In this document: positions 54,316-64,000 of the stretch, in pieces
How the letters are laid out: each line of letters begins with the position of its first letter
Position numbering within the stretch: position 1 is the first letter of the stretch
DNA from: Phoronis australis
Lineage: Eukaryota; Animalia; Phoronida
DNA: 64,000 nucleotides
Direction: 5' to 3'
Assembly: GCA_002633005.1 (NCBI GenBank)
Contig: NMRA01000147.1
Location: 124,001-188,000, forward strand
Notes under the pieces: generated by a model
What the model saw: only the letters and a program-made list of their open reading frames with translations
What the model was told of the DNA's origin: nothing
The model's database searches: none
Program-made: the position numbers and the translations under genes

Positions 54316-55743
54316 CCGTATTCGCCGTAATAACTGCCCATACCCCTATAAGCGCCCCCCCACGCGTTTTCAGACTTTGCTAAAATAAGCGCCCAGTCCA
54401 TGAACGTGTACGTGCGAAAAATGCCTTACCTACAGTCCTAAAATTCTACAGTAACGTCTTCAATTTATCAATAATATTCGACAGTCCTGAAAAAAATCAT
54501 TGTGCGCAAAATTAGTAGACCACGAGCCTCGCCGCTACGTTGGTATTTAGCCGTGACTATACATTCCAAACTTCCGCCATGCCTCAAAACGAACACAAAA
54601 GTTCTGCTAATATTGCGAGGACCAATGGTCTGGCCTTTCAGAACAGAAGTAGTGTACTTGTCTACGGGAGTGCTTTGTAGATATTTCCCACTTTCAACAG
54701 GAATCCAAATTTCTCTGACACGTGGAAACCGCGAATCAAAGACTAATAAAAAGCTTGGCCAGTGTTAAAAGCACGTGGCCAGGAAGCGCGCGCTACATCC
54801 ATGAACCTGTCATCACAGGCATTAGTTGGGAACTATCCATTCATGAAACGGGTAGCATAGCATTGGCAAGAAATGAATATTGGCACTAATTTCTGACAGT
54901 TTCTCATACAAAAAAAAATGTTTGCATTATTTTCAAGACGAATTGAAAAATAACTGTCAGATAGTCACGTACACATCCAGCCACATGGCGACTAATGTGG
55001 CCTTACTGAGACAAATGTCAAACGTTTTTAGCATATGAGACCGGCAAGTGCTGAATGAAACACGCTCTGGTTTAGGCCTACTGCTTGTACAAATTTCTTT
55101 AGATACAATGCACATCTAGCTCGTTAGACTGTGTGGCTCTGGCCAAAAGACGGTTTCTGCTCTGGCAAATGAACTCTGGTGACACGCACGTGCTCGCTTA
55201 CTCACAAATGAAGACAACTTCAAAACAAACGTCACATGACAACAACATTGTGTGTTCGTCCAGACACTTTTCTCATGTTGCCGATCATACATGTAGATGG
55301 CACAATGTAGCACAGATTTGAACTGTGATTTTGCCGTGATCCCGACTCCACGGGAACTTAAAAATCTTAGGGACGCTACTTGGAAAACAAAAGGAGGATT
55401 TCAGATAATTTGTTTGAGTCGAAACTGTATTTTTATTCAAGCATTCAAGTCGCTTTATCGACGATTGCGAGGCAGACAGTCGGCGAGTTTTCGCCCTGGG
55501 ATTTCAGCACAATTTTCTGTAAAATGATCATAATTTAGCAGCAAAGTTTGATAGCAATGCACCACGGTTTTGTAGAAAGTCTTTCATAGATTACAGATAC
55601 GTCACAAAGAGTAAATATGATGAATCTTAGCTTCCGATTTCACCCGTTTCAGAGACCGGGTTTCAACGCCTTGGGTTATAATAAACGCCCTCCCTCAAAC
55701 GAACTTTTCTAAGCGTCCTGGGTGGTTATTACGACGAATACGG
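54316..55743. mobile_element. Non-autonomous Tc1/mariner (pogo/Tc2-like) element, 1428 bp
   Basis: TIRs CCGTATTCGCCGTAATAAC / GTTATTACGACGAATACGG, TA on both sides (54314-15, 55744-45), subterminal ATAAGCGCCC repeats; no transposase ORF. Confidence 0.85.
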
Positions 55744-56281
55744 TAGTTGATTTTTAGCTTTTATACAACCTCTTGTGTAATTGATACTCTTTTTCAGGAA
55801 AATTTAGCAAAAAAGAAAATTAAATAAATATACATTCATAGCAAAAGAACGTTAACAATACCATGACAAAATGTATATGTTCATGAGGAAATTTAAAAAA
55901 CGTTGTTAGTTTTCTAAATATCATTTTGTTTGATGTAACTTTTGATTTTGTCAAAAAACTCATGAAAGCCCAAATTTTATATAACCACAAAATGTAACTG
56001 AAAGTGGAACATTTCAGAAACAATCGCCTAAAAGCATGTTGGAGAAGAGTGCATAAAGCCAAGTATTTGAAAATATCACATGAATCTGATCAACCATTTC
56101 CAAGATATGATGTACAGAAGTTAGCCAAATCTGGACATTTTCCTAATGTTGTCCATAAGTTTAACGGATCCAATTAGTATACAGTTCTATCCAATGCATT
56201 TTAATAATTAAAATGCTCAAAAGTCAATGGTTTTCCACTTCAGGGTGACATTATTCTATTTGTTGTAATAAACAAACTTAC

Positions 56282-56502
56282 GTTGGAACCTTTTTTGTGT
56301 TTAGACTTGCGTGAAGGCATCGTCGCATATTTGTAGTCACCACTGCTGCGCAGGCTTTCCAATATTTTCAGCTTGTCACGTGACGTGTCCATGCGTGCGA
56401 TGCTATTGGCTGACAGAGTGGGCTTAAACGCTGCTGGCCTCGTCGCCACTTCAAACCCAGGTTCGCTTGCAGTGGATCCTTTTCTTGAGGTTGGCACCTC
56501 AT
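56282..56502 (-). CDS. TBC1D5: Second copy of TBC1D5 exon 58205-58425 (probably the other allele)
   Basis: Same peptide and splice sites as 58205-58425, offset 1923 nt; lies in the duplicated block ending at N57080. Confidence 0.7.
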
Positions 56503-56836
56503 CTTAATATGAGTAAGTTTTAAATTAGAAAAAATTAAAGAGAGTCCGTGGCAGTTAATTGCACCATTTGTGTTCAGCCATGATGTTAACATTCAGCTGC
56601 ATTAAAGTCTATTGACAAACGGCATGGAATCAATATCAAATGTGAGACACTTTTTCATAAGCAATCTCAAAATCGTGGTCTTGTTGTTTTAACACATAAT
56701 GGAAACATGTGTTAATTGAATTATTAGATGGTATTGTTTTAACAATATCACGTAAACAAACACAACAAGCAAACATAAACATGCAGAATGGCAGCGATGC
56801 ATTTTTGGTAAAGATATGAAGCATGATGAAACCTAC

Positions 56837-56983
56837 CAGGAGATTTATCTGTAACCAAGTTCATGGGTTCACTGGTCGACTTGGACATCTGCGAGTCTGT
56901 GGCAGTGTCGCGAGAGGGTGAGACTTTGATCCTCCTGGTTAGAGTAGCCAAGCCAGAGATAACTGGGTTTGGCTTGTATTTTT
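56837..56983 (-). CDS. TBC1D5: Second copy of TBC1D5 exon 58760-58906 (probably the other allele)
   Basis: Same peptide with synonymous differences (ACC/ACG, TAC/TAT) and the same splice sites, offset 1923 nt. Confidence 0.7.
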
Positions 56984-57080
56984 CTGCACAGAGAGAAATG
57001 CATAAATTGTAAGCTGTTATCAGATCTGGTTGGCCTTATAATGTTGCAACTTTCTCCATTGCAATCATGAATTAGTCCTN

Positions 57081-57706
57081 AATTTCTTTAGATACAATGC
57101 ACATCTAGCTCGTTAGACTGCGTGGCTCTGGCCAAAAGACGGTCTCTGCTCTGGCAAATGAACTCTGGTGACACGCACGTGCTCGCTTACTCACAAACGC
57201 AGACAACTTCAAAACAAACGTCACGTGACAACAACATTGTGTGTTCGTCCAGACACTTTTCTCATGTTGCCGATCATACATGGAGATGGCACGATGTAGC
57301 ACAAATTTGTACTTAAACCTGCCGTGATACCGACTCCACGGGAACTTAAAAAACTTAGGGACGCTACTTGGAAAACAGAAGGAGGATTTCATTTTTTATT
57401 CAAGCATTCAAGTCGCCATATCGACGATTGCGAGGCAGGCAGTCGGCGAGTTTTCGCCCTGGGATTTCAGCACAATTTTCTGTAAAATGATCATAATTTA
57501 GCAGCACAGTTTGATAGCAATGCACCGCAGTTTTGTAGAAAGTCTTTCATAGATTACAGATATGTCACAGGGAGTAAATATGATGAAACTTAGCTTCCAA
57601 TTTCACCCGTTTTGGAGACCGGGTTTCAACGCCTTGGGTTAAAATAAGCGCCCTCCCTGAAACGAACTTTTCTAAGCGCCCCGGGTGGTTATTACGGCGA
57701 ATACGG
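57081..57706. mobile_element. Right part of the same Tc1/mariner-type element in the duplicated (allelic) block
   Basis: Near-identical to 55092-55743, ends GTTATTACGGCGAATACGG-TA. Confidence 0.8.
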
Positions 57707-58204
57707 TAGTTGATTTTTAGCTTTTATACAACCTCTCATGTAATTGATACTGTTTTTCAGGAAAATTTAGCAAAACAGAAAATTAATATACATTCATAGC
57801 AAAAGAACGTAAACAATACCATGACAAAAATTTAAATGTTCAAGAGGAAATTTAAAAAACGTTGTTAGTTTTCTAAATATCATTTTGTTTGATGTAACTT
57901 TTGATTTTTTCAAAAAACTCATGAAATCCCAAATTTTATATATAAACTGAAAGTGGAACATTTCAGAAACAATCACCTAAAAGCATGTTGGAGAAGAGTG
58001 CATTAAGCAAAGTATTTGAAAATATCACATGAATCTGATCAGCCATTTCCAGATATGATATACAGAAGTTAGCAAAATCCGGACATTTTCCTAACGTTCT
58101 ACATATTATTAAGCTTAACGGATCCGATTAGTATACAGTTCTATCCACTATGGTTTTACATTTCAGGGTGACGTTATTCTATTTGTTGTAATAAACAAAC
58201 TTAC

Positions 58205-58425
58205 GTTGGAACCTTTTTTGTGTTTGGACTTGCGTGAAGGCATCGTGGCATATTTGTAGTCACCACTGCTGCGCAGGCTTTCCAATATTTTCAGCTTGTC
58301 ACGCGACGTGTCCATGCGTGCGATGCTATTGGCTGACAGAGTGGGCTTAAACGCTGCTGGCCTCGTCGCCACTTCAAACCCAGGTTCGCTTGCAGTGGAT
58401 CCTTTTCTTGAGGTTGGCACCTCAT
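58205..58425 (-). CDS. TBC1D5: TBC1D5 exon (low-conservation linker): DEVPTSRKGSTASEPGFEVATRPAAF...SRKSKHKKGSN
   Basis: AAG acceptor 58428-58426, GTAAGT donor at 58204; 221 nt, phase 1/0, in frame between its neighbours. Confidence 0.85.
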
Positions 58426-58759
58426 CTTAATATGAGAAAGTTTTAAATTAGAAAAAATTACAGAGAGTCTGTGGCAGTTAATTGCACCATTTGTGTTCAG
58501 CCATGATGTTAACATTCAGCTGCATTAAAGTCTATTGACAAACGGCATGGAATCAATATCAAATGTGAGACACTTTTTCATAAGCAATCTCAAAATAGTG
58601 GTCTTGTTGTTTTAACACATAATGGAAACATGTGTTAATTGAATTATTAGATGGTATTGTTTTAACAATATCACGTAAACAAACACAACAAGCAAACATA
58701 AACATGCAGAATGGCAGCGATGCATTTTTGGTAAAAATATGAAGCATGATGAAACCTAC

Positions 58760-58906
58760 CAGGAGATTTATCTGTAACCAAGTTCATGGGTTCACTCGTC
58801 GACTTGGACATCTGCGAGTCTGTGGCAGTGTCGCGAGAGGGTGAGACTTTGATCCTCCTGGTTAGAGTAGCCAAGCCAGAGATAACTGGGTTTGGCTTAT
58901 ATTTTT
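58760..58906 (-). CDS. TBC1D5: TBC1D5 exon: EKYKPNPVISGLATLTRRIKVSPSRDTATDSQMSKSTSEPMNLVTDKSP
   Basis: CAG acceptor 58909-58907, GTAGGT donor at 58759; 147 nt, phase 1/1; KSTSEPMNL resembles vertebrate KSESMPVQL. Confidence 0.87.
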
Positions 58907-59175
58907 CTGCACAGAGAGAAATGCATAAATTGTAAGCTGTTATCAGATCTGGTTGGCCTTATAATGTTGCAACTTTCTCCATTGCAATCATGAATTAGTC
59001 CTGCCAGTGTCTGAAGTTAACGATTTTGTGATTTTGACCATGTGGTAAATTGTGATTCTAAAGGTCAAAGCAATAAATGAACTGATCTTCTAGGCTTTTC
59101 CACTTACTAACACAAGCAAGTGCCTTAAAACTACTCAAAATTTAGCGTAAATTGCTACTGTGTTCAAAGAATTAC

Positions 59176-59281
59176 CTGTTTTTTCTGATTTGTTAGCTTT
59201 GTCTTCTGCTTTTTTCATTCCCACAATGCCCCACTCAGGAAGTTTGCGCTTAAATGTGTACAGAGGAGGCTTCGGGTAGGC
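59176..59281 (-). CDS. TBC1D5: TBC1D5 exon: AYPKPPLYTFKRKLPEWGIVGMKKAEDKANKSEKT
   Basis: CAG acceptor 59284-59282, GTAAT donor at 59175; 106 nt, phase 0/1; P.P..Y.F motif following the TBC domain. Confidence 0.88.
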
Positions 59282-61112
59282 CTGTTACAAAATGCACACA
59301 AATTATGTTATTGAACTTAAAGACATTTCTAAATTTCAAATATCAAATAAACACCAAAGGTGACTAAAATAAAACTACAAGCAGACGTGAAAAAGAAAGG
59401 GCATGCCAATTTAAAACTGGATATTAGATAATTTTGATTATGCCTCCTGCCTTGCTTCATGACAAACGGATTTAAAAATAACAATACAAGTGACAGTAAA
59501 TCCATGAATCAAAATATTGCAACAAATGTAAGGTACTCTTCATAGCAAAGGAAGGGGAAAAACAAATACAATTAAAGACAATCTAGTTTGATACACAGTA
59601 CAATGGAGTTACTCGGTTTTTTTTGTTAACTGCTAGACTAAATGAGATTTACTATGTAACAGTAAGGTGTAACTGTCACCAAACACCACACAGTGAATTT
59701 GTAGTAAGTCCTTGAAAAATAGATAAATACGAGACCATAAGCATAGTTGGTTCCGGTTTGTGGTTTTTTGAAAATTGAGTTGGCTGCATGGTATTTTTTA
59801 CAGGTAGTTGTTCACTTTTTCAAAAAAGAAAATCCGCCCGAGAGGAGCAAAATGATGCAGAATTTGCTTTTTAACCTCATTGTTTGATGGTGTTTCAACC
59901 TTGCTTAACCACGGTTGTGCAGCTTTTCATAAAAACATGAGATCTAAGCTGAAATTGATGCAGGCAGGTCTCTTTATCAGGTCAGGTCTCAAAATGAGTC
60001 AGGGAAAGGACCAGAACCAACTTTGGTTTTGTTTGGCCAAACCAAACGCTGACGTGATGCAATATGAAGAGTAGAAAAACAAGAAAGACAACAAAGATGT
60101 AAAAAGTTACGGGCCATTGCCGACTAAAATTTATTGATTACAGGTGTGAAACAACGATGGAACAGATATATTTTAACAACTGAACATTCCGAGCCCTGCG
60201 CTCTTTGTTAGTGGGGTTATGTAAAATACTTCTGACTGGAGAAGGAAAGTGTTCTGTCTGTATTCGTCTTCTTATCTATTATGAAGTTATGTAGGATTCC
60301 TAGAAAAATTTCAAATTTGGCCAACTTCGGAACATCACATGTGACTCAGAAATGGCCAATTGAATTCTTATATAATGGTACTTCTGACACTATGCTATAT
60401 GCGCTGTTCTCCAAAATGCCATTAGAAATTGTTTTCAAATTATTCCAATTTTGCATGAAGAGCTAAAAAAATAGAACTTTATAAATTAATAAAAAATCAA
60501 AAGTTGCATATAACAAAAACGAAACTGTAACTGAGTTTTTGAGATTTCTTATTGAACATAATATATTACAACAAATTGGTTGATGTTATAATTGTTACTG
60601 ATATCGTTGTTTTGCTAAATTTTACTCAAGACATAGAAATGTGTCCAACTAATAGCAGATTGGCAAAAATCCAAAAATCAAATAAGCTATCTACTCTAAA
60701 AAAACTTACACTTTTAGAGAGTTAGTGCAGTTTCGAAGGTATTTGGCTAAAGACAAACTTGTCATTAAGGTCCCACACAACCTCGACCCTAGAAAACGCT
60801 CATGCATCGCACGCTACCAGCATCAACAATATGTGTCACCCAATAATGCACCAGCAACTGTACCCATGATTCACCTGTTGGTCTGATGATGAGGGTCCTA
60901 ATCCAGAAATCTACACACATGAATTGTCAAAATGGAGATTAAGATCATGGTTCCAGGGTGACAAAATAAATTATTGCACAACCACTAATATCCCTCTTGG
61001 TCTGCAGCCAGACCTAAACAGTGCAGTGAGAATCAGTGAGCATCTAATCACATGATGGCTTTGTAATAGAGGGATCATTGTCAACTAGGCTTTGTGTCAG
61101 CCAGTGCAGGGA

Positions 61113-61768
61113 ATTAGCTGAATGTTATCAGGGGCAGCTAAAGCAGACCAGTTCCATAACACAATCGCCCACTGGCATCCTGCAGATAGGTAAATGGGGA
61201 ATAGCTATTTGTGTTGATTCATGGTCCTGGCAGGTGAGCACAAGAAAAACTAAGACACAACTACAGCTAAATTCCCCAATATGGAAGGGAGAGAATTCAA
61301 ATTTGATAGGCACTCGGAAGTACTGTTCTGGATCAAATTCAGTTACTAGTAACACCACATTAACAGCCAAATTTCTAACCACTTGAAAGGAGCTCTACTT
61401 ACATTTGGTTCTNACCCACAATGCACCATTTTAACCTAATTTCAATATGGCGTCGCTGCAAATCCGCTATTAGCTGAATGTTATCAGGCGCAGCTAAAGC
61501 AGACCAGTTCCATAACACAATCGCTCACTGGCATCCTGCAGATAGGTAAATGGGGAATAGCTATTTGTGTTGATTCATGGTCCTGGCAGGTGAGCACAAG
61601 AAAAACTAAGACACAACTACAGCTAAATTCCCCAATATGGAAGGGAGAGAATTCAAATTTGATAGGCACTCGGAAGTACTGTTCTGGATCAAATTCAGTT
61701 ACTAGTAACACCACATTAACAGCCAAATTTCTAACCACTTGAAAGGAGCTCTACTTACATTTGGTTCT
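61113..61768. repeat. Apparent 300-bp duplication (61113-61412 vs 61469-61768), likely uncollapsed haplotypes
   Basis: First copy stops at a single N (61413) inside the 3' end of a TBC1D5 exon; near-identical sequence. Confidence 0.85.
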
Positions 61769-61865
61769 CTCAGATAAAGCGCCCTCTGTATGATGTTATT
61801 GACATCACACACAGGTGGGTATCTCATGAGAATGTGCAAACAGGTTGGATAATCACTGCTCAGCA
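61759..61865 (-). CDS. TBC1D5: TBC1D5 exon (end of TBC domain): LLSSDYPTCLHILMRYPPVCDVNNIIQRALYLREPN
   Basis: CAG acceptor 61868-61866, GTAAGT donor at 61758; 107 nt, phase 1/0; matches TBC1D5 SS.Y.TCL..LM.YP...DV...I..AL.LR.P. Confidence 0.95.
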
Positions 61866-62573
61866 CTGAAATGGAAACACGAGTGTGATAACATAAATTA
61901 CAAACAAGTGTAAACGTTATACTTAACTGCAGTACCTACATGTATAAATAATAACATTCAGCTTAAAAATATCTGTTGTCTAAAAGATTTTGTGAAACTT
62001 CTGACATAAATACAATATTACGGAAACCATGACCATTTCATCAGGACCACCCATGCGGTCAGAGGATATGCCTCGGAACAATTTCCCACTGATTCCCTCA
62101 ATCACACCATCTACAGGTCACTCGTGGAGTTGCCTGGCAACCCGTCAAGACATCGTTAATGCTTTGGTAGTCACTTAAACATTCACTAGTATGCAACATT
62201 CAGTTAGTTATAAATCCCACACACTCAATCAAGAGAAATTATACCAACTACTGGGGTCTACTTCATGAAAAGTGACTCAAGACAGAAATCAAACATATCA
62301 ACATACACTCCCACGTCACAATATCACCGAATAAAAGCTTTTACCACGTAATTTTAGTACATCACAGTTTCGAAATAATTTATGAGAATCATCGATACAA
62401 CTAGCAGTTGTGGGTATATTTTCAAGTACCTTATACATTTGTTGAAGCGAGATAAAATTATTTTTCGGAAAAACTGTGTGAAAAATAGAGTGAATTTCTT
62501 TACTTACTGTCAAGTAACTTTTTATGAAATGGCCCCTGGGGAAAAATTTTTGTTGATAAGGGAGATAACTCAC

Positions 62574-62716
62574 ACACATCTCTAATGTACATTAACATAG
62601 ACACAAACAGATAGTCAACAAGGTCGAAGCTGATGGTGTCGGCGAAGATGGCATCCCAGACTGCCAGTAGATCTTGCATAGGAAGCTCTCGACCAAACAG
62701 TAATCGCACCCATCGA
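62574..62716 (-). CDS. TBC1D5: TBC1D5 exon (Rab-GAP TBC domain): IRWVRLLFGRELPMQDLLAVWDAIFADTISFDLVDYLFVSMLMYIRDV
   Basis: CAG acceptor 62719-62717, GTGAGT donor at 62573; 143 nt, phase 2/1; RW.RLLFGRE...WDA.FA motif diagnostic of TBC1D5. Confidence 0.96.
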
Positions 62717-63463
62717 CTGTAAATAAATGTTATATGTGTTGTGCTGTATTGTCAGACAGTTATCAGGCATTATTAGGTACATTGATTTCACAAAATTAAG
62801 GCCCATTCATAACAACTTAACTGCAGTATTAGAGGAACACTGCAAAGTGCATGGAACCATTCAGACTGGTTTAAGCAGTTTGATGCATCGGTCATAGAAG
62901 TGGTTGTAAGATGGCGCCACGAAAACATTATGCAGGCTCAATTTTTTTAACATGACTTTATTTATTTAGTTATCTCATACATTGTCAGACAATGAATGAA
63001 ATGAAGTGCTTATGGTGATGGAATGATGAATTTTATTAAATAAAATAATATCGAAAATACTACACGATGACAGCGACACCTGTTGGCAACTCTGATGACA
63101 CCATTGTTACGATTTCATTTGGCATCAAGGCATCAAAGCATCAATGCTCTGCTCTGCTGTTAAATCCACCTGCTTGCTGCAAAATAAACTTGCGCTCCTA
63201 GCCTTGACCAAAGACTACTTGAAAAGTTCGGCAAAAAACTAAATGACGCACTAGAAACTGACAGCGAAAACAACCTTGGCGTGGGAAGAATTTGCTGGGT
63301 TCGTAACAAACCCTGCTGCGCCAACACAACTTGAAGTACCCTGCTGCGTCATTTGATAAACGGCCATTGGGATCACAAACCACGCAACATCATTGGACTT
63401 CAGCCAACCACAAAACAGGGACATTCTCGGTGAGAAAAGTAATTTAATTTACAGAAATTATCA

Positions 63464-63530
63464 GGACAGCGGAATCCAATCTACTACCTCAGTAACCGCA
63501 GCTGAACACACTGCCACTGAGCTAAGTTCC
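63464..63530 (-). mobile_element. tRNA-derived SINE head
   Basis: Minus strand A box TAGCTCAGTGG and degenerate B box GATTGGATTCC at tRNA-like spacing; no full cloverleaf. Confidence 0.5.
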
Positions 63531-63958
63531 ATTTCCTAACTAGGAAAGTATTTTAAGTGTACTTAATAAATGGTTAATGATTTCTGATCAGCTGATGTAT
63601 GACAAACAATGTCGAGAATAGGCAATTTGTAATAAAATCACAAAAAACCACCTGACTTTGTTGTTTTATAGCTTTGGCCAAAGGTAATAAGTTCAAGAAG
63701 TCTATCTCAAAAATGCAGCGCCATCCTTCAAAATTGTCAGTTTGGCTCAGATTTTGGGATACCCTCTCTCGTTTGGCGAGTTAGCATTCTGGTTATTGAT
63801 GAAACAACAGCCAAGCGGAGTTCATTGATTATTTTTTAGTTAACATACAACAAACAACACTAGAAAGACCGTGGTTCAGCAGCATTAGAGACTTTTCTGA
63901 ATCATGAACGAAAGCCATGGACTCTTTTTTTATTTACTTGACCAACACCTAAACTTAC

Positions 63959-64000
63959 ATTCCATATATCTGTGGCGCAATATCAAGTCTCTCTAAATGC
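63959..64000 (-). CDS. TBC1D5: TBC1D5 exon truncated by the window edge: HLERLDIAPQIYG(I)
   Basis: GTAAGT donor at 63958, phase 2 matches the next exon; matches HL.RL.IAPQIYG. Confidence 0.93.

Larger units (their letters stand above)
55092..59002. repeat. Apparent 1.9-kb tandem duplication (55092-57079 vs 57081-59002), likely uncollapsed haplotypes
   Basis: Copies abut exactly at a single N (57080) and differ by scattered SNPs and indels. Confidence 0.85.

Noticed and set aside
63464-63530. Possible tRNA gene
   Set aside because: A and B boxes only; no acceptor stem or cloverleaf, so treated as a SINE head.

Overview
AT-rich, intron-rich metazoan DNA, most plausibly from a heterozygous marine invertebrate (draft assembly with a 573-N gap at 44920-45492 and single Ns at 3577, 51243, 57080 and 61413). 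Two spliced genes lie in tandem on the minus strand. The 3' half of TBC1D5 (Rab7 GAP/retromer partner) has 9 exons from the right edge to the stop at 49780. The 5' part of a TRAK/Milton kinesin-mitochondria adaptor (HAP1_N domain) has exons from about 37790 to 762 and continues off the left edge. I rebuilt the exons by hand from GT/AG sites, and all junction phases are consistent. The TRAK locus appears to have alternative N-termini: a long Trp-rich extension and a short acidic first exon at 10377-10473. Introns and intergenic DNA hold a TTAA-flanked Kolobok-like element with about 230-bp TIRs and a decayed THAP ORF, Tc1/mariner-type and Harbinger-type MITEs, SINE heads and minisatellites. They also hold several minimal hammerhead-ribozyme motifs of the Penelope type, one with an intact core inside a long fold-back. 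Three apparent tandem duplications sit at single-N junctions and are probably uncollapsed haplotypes. Most ORFs in the supplied track are spurious. I see no clear wholly new biological system; the best leads are listed as findings.
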